This document shows positions 24,068 through 26,124 of a DNA stretch of 26,124 nucleotides, in pieces (the stretch's first letter is position 1; every line of letters begins with the position of its first letter). The notes below the pieces were generated by a model. It was not told the DNA's origin, searched no databases, and saw only the letters and a list, made by a program, of their open reading frames with translations. The stretch is from an uncultured Gammaproteobacteria bacterium. GTDB taxonomy: Bacteria; Patescibacteriota; Microgenomatia; UBA1406; HO2-37-13b. The stretch is taken from assembly GCA_964396255.1 (NCBI GenBank), contig CAYNEP010000001.1:1-26124 (forward strand), given 5' to 3'. The position numbers were made by a program, and so were the translations under genes.

Positions 24068-25266
24068 GATGACTTCATCTGCAAATAGACCCGTTCAAGC
24101 TTTTGAGCTATTCTTGAATATTCATATTCCTCCTCAACAAGCGCTCGAGCAGCTTTTCTTATCGAAAGAAAGAGTTTTTTGTCTTCTAGAATTTGGACAG
24201 CTTTTTTAGCAAATTCAGCAGGGGTTCTTGCTATAAGGCCATGCACTCCGTCTTTGATGTTGAGTCCTGCGACGCCAGTTTTTGATGATATGACTGGTAA
24301 GCCAGATGCCATTGCCCCTAGTATTTTCAGTCGAGTGCCACCTGGTCCTTCAAGAGGTGCGATAAACACTGAAGCCGTTGCATATGCCTTTTTCACTGCT
24401 GCAATACTATCTTTATCAAGATCAACGATATCGGCTTTATGATTTGTAAGGTGTTTGAGCTTCTCTTTGGCATATTGACCAGCTATTATGCATTTTGCAT
24501 TTGGAATCTTTTTTAGTATTGCTGGAAAGACCTGCTTAGCAAGTATTTCAGCTCCCTCAACATTTTGAAGCCAAAGAAAATTGGCGACATAGAGGAATAT
24601 TGGTCTTGGATTTGACTTTTTTTGCTTATATAAGTCCATTAAATCTTCACCAGCAGCATTTGGAATTATCTCAACATGTAGATCGGGTATCAGTTTTCTC
24701 ATTTGATCACGATCTTCTGCAGAGACAGCCCCTACTCGATCAGCCTTTTGCCAGTACATTTTTTCCCAATACTTTAATTTGAATATGTCGATCTTAAGAA
24801 TTTGAGGAGCAAGGGGAATTTTTAAGTTCTGAATAAAATGTTGATATACCATATATTCGATTGTTTGCTCAACTAAAAGAACTGGGACCTTAGTTTGGGG
24901 AATAAGTGGCATTACGTAAAATGTTTCAGCATGAATGAGATCAATCTCGTTGTGTGCCAGTATCTTTCTAATAGTCTCCTTTGCCTCAGGAGCATAATTT
25001 CTAGCCACAACAAATGGCTGTCCGCCAATAACACTTTTGAGTATATTTGAAATCGTCCAAGGAGTTTTTGATCGTTGGCATGGGTAGATTTCCTTACAAT
25101 ATTTCTTGAGGTGAGCGATGTGTTCTTTTTCAGATTCGTTCTTTATAAGACCGACCAAGTGAATTTCATGTCGAATACTCAATTGTTTTATTAGGTTATA
25201 CGATCTAATCTGTCCCCCAGATGAGGGAGGATAAGGTAGATAGGGTGTGAGCATTAGTATTTTCAT
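24064..25266 (-). CDS. GT4 glycosyltransferase (PSSGG/GTRLK subfamily)
   Basis: LMLTPYLPYPPSSGGQIRSY, WLQNVEG, GGTRLKILGAMASGLPVI. Confidence 0.88.
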   Translation of the reverse strand: MKILMLTPYLPYPPSSGGQIRSYNLIKQLSIRHEIHLVGLIKNESEKEHIAHLKKYCKEIYPCQRSKTPWTISNILKSVIGGQPFVVARNYAPEAKETIRKILAHNEIDLIHAETFYVMPLIPQTKVPVLLVEQTIEYMVYQHFIQNLKIPLAPQILKIDIFKLKYWEKMYWQKADRVGAVSAEDRDQMRKLIPDLHVEIIPNAAGEDLMDLYKQKKSNPRPIFLYVANFLWLQNVEGAEILAKQVFPAILKKIPNAKCIIAGQYAKEKLKHLTNHKADIVDLDKDSIAAVKKAYATASVFIAPLEGPGGTRLKILGAMASGLPVISSKTGVAGLNIKDGVHGLIARTPAEFAKKAVQILEDKKLFLSIRKAARALVEEEYEYSRIAQKLERVYLQMKSS

Positions 25267-26124
25267 TTATTAAGATTAAGAATAAATGCATTTTTTGACC
25301 TAAATACAACTTGATACTGCTGTTCAAGCGTAGCTGCATAATCTGCATTTGAAGTTACTATATAATCAACTCCAGCATTCTTAAGTTCGAAGTCTCCGTT
25401 GTCAGTAGTTGGTATTCCTGCTCGATTTGATAAGTACAGTAAGATTGGATCGCCTTTCGTGTCAGTTGCAATCATATCGGATTCTTGTGTTAACGTCTCA
25501 ATTATTTTGGCAATTTGGGCGCTACCTTGATTTTTTACAAAGTGAGGCTTCGTCTCATTAAAACTAACAAACAGTGAAAATGCAAATATAGCACACAAGA
25601 GCATGAATGATGCAAAATTTATCGTGAATTCCCTTTTAGTGGACAAGATGAGGCCAACTCCTGTCCCGAAGTAAAGAGCGAGAACCGGGATAAAGAACGA
25701 TTGAAAAGATAAGTGTGCAAAGTGTTCGCCTGGGAAAAGCAATACACTTACGAGCGCGCTTATTGCAAACCAGTGAAATATATTTGATTTTTTGTATTTC
25801 CTAAACATTCCACTGATGACAAATGCAATACCCATGGTCCCAAGGATAAGGTTTATGAGTCTCTCTTGAATAAGTATGGTAAAGAATTTTCTCTGAAAGA
25901 AAAGTATTCCAGTTTGTTCAACTACATTTTCGATGTGTGTTGTCCATATGGGCAATGGTAAGAGTTGAGGAAGTGTTCCAAGTGCAAAATTAATAATAAT
26001 TGTCGGGATTAAGGTAACAAGTAGATAAAGGAGGATTTTTGAAGAATGAAGTATTTCGATTGAGTATTGTTGGTAGGCCATATATAGAATTGGCAGAATA
26101 AAAACAATCATGATGGGATTTGTC
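25263..26124 (-). CDS. Multi-TM protein, possible GT-C (ArnT/PMT_2-like) glycosyltransferase; 5' end probably outside the window
   Basis: The frame stays open past ATG 26111 to the window edge (TNPIMIVF). Many TM helices and a soluble C-terminal domain (DPILLYLSNRAG, GVDYIV); ATGA-coupled to the GT4 gene. Confidence 0.55.
   Translation of the reverse strand, partial: TNPIMIVFILPILYMAYQQYSIEILHSSKILLYLLVTLIPTIIINFALGTLPQLLPLPIWTTHIENVVEQTGILFFQRKFFTILIQERLINLILGTMGIAFVISGMFRKYKKSNIFHWFAISALVSVLLFPGEHFAHLSFQSFFIPVLALYFGTGVGLILSTKREFTINFASFMLLCAIFAFSLFVSFNETKPHFVKNQGSAQIAKIIETLTQESDMIATDTKGDPILLYLSNRAGIPTTDNGDFELKNAGVDYIVTSNADYAATLEQQYQVVFRSKNAFILNLNK

Noticed and set aside
1-26124. Alternative genetic code (TGA readthrough, code 25)
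   Set aside because: Full-length conserved proteins end cleanly at TGA (tsaE, NUDIX, sugar transferase, ATGA overlaps), and no gene appears fragmented by TGA.

Overview
AT-rich, gene-dense bacterial chromosomal segment read in standard code 11. Gene content (stand-alone Pol I 5'-3' exonuclease, single-RRM protein, DUF4012 beside a priming glycosyltransferase, short RecO, few Shine-Dalgarno sites) suggests a CPR/Patescibacteria genome, probably Microgenomates; this is inference. Left half: PHP hydrolase (5'-truncated), flap endonuclease, ftsH, tsaE-tsaD, RRM protein, Cas4/RecB-like nuclease, holin-family membrane protein, mutarotase-like protein, DUF2130, anchored phosphodiester glycosidase, tRNA-Met, ABC-2 exporter, NUDIX hydrolase, tRNA-Pro. 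Right half: surface-glycan locus (priming transferase, DUF4012, recO on +; GT-C-like protein, five GT4s, GT2, acetyltransferase and ManC-like enzyme on -). I saw no integrase, transposase, CRISPR array or rRNA. Best leads: (1) a stand-alone flap endonuclease ending in a perfect beta-clamp motif QLDLF, a possible bacterial analogue of FEN1-PCNA; (2) pervasive near-leaderless promoters; (3) all five convergent junctions overlap or abut with no terminator; (4) an RRM plus orphan Fe-S nuclease operon with a structured leader; (5) a mutarotase lacking its catalytic residues; (6) LCP-like motifs in DUF4012. All motif alignments were done by eye, with no database search.
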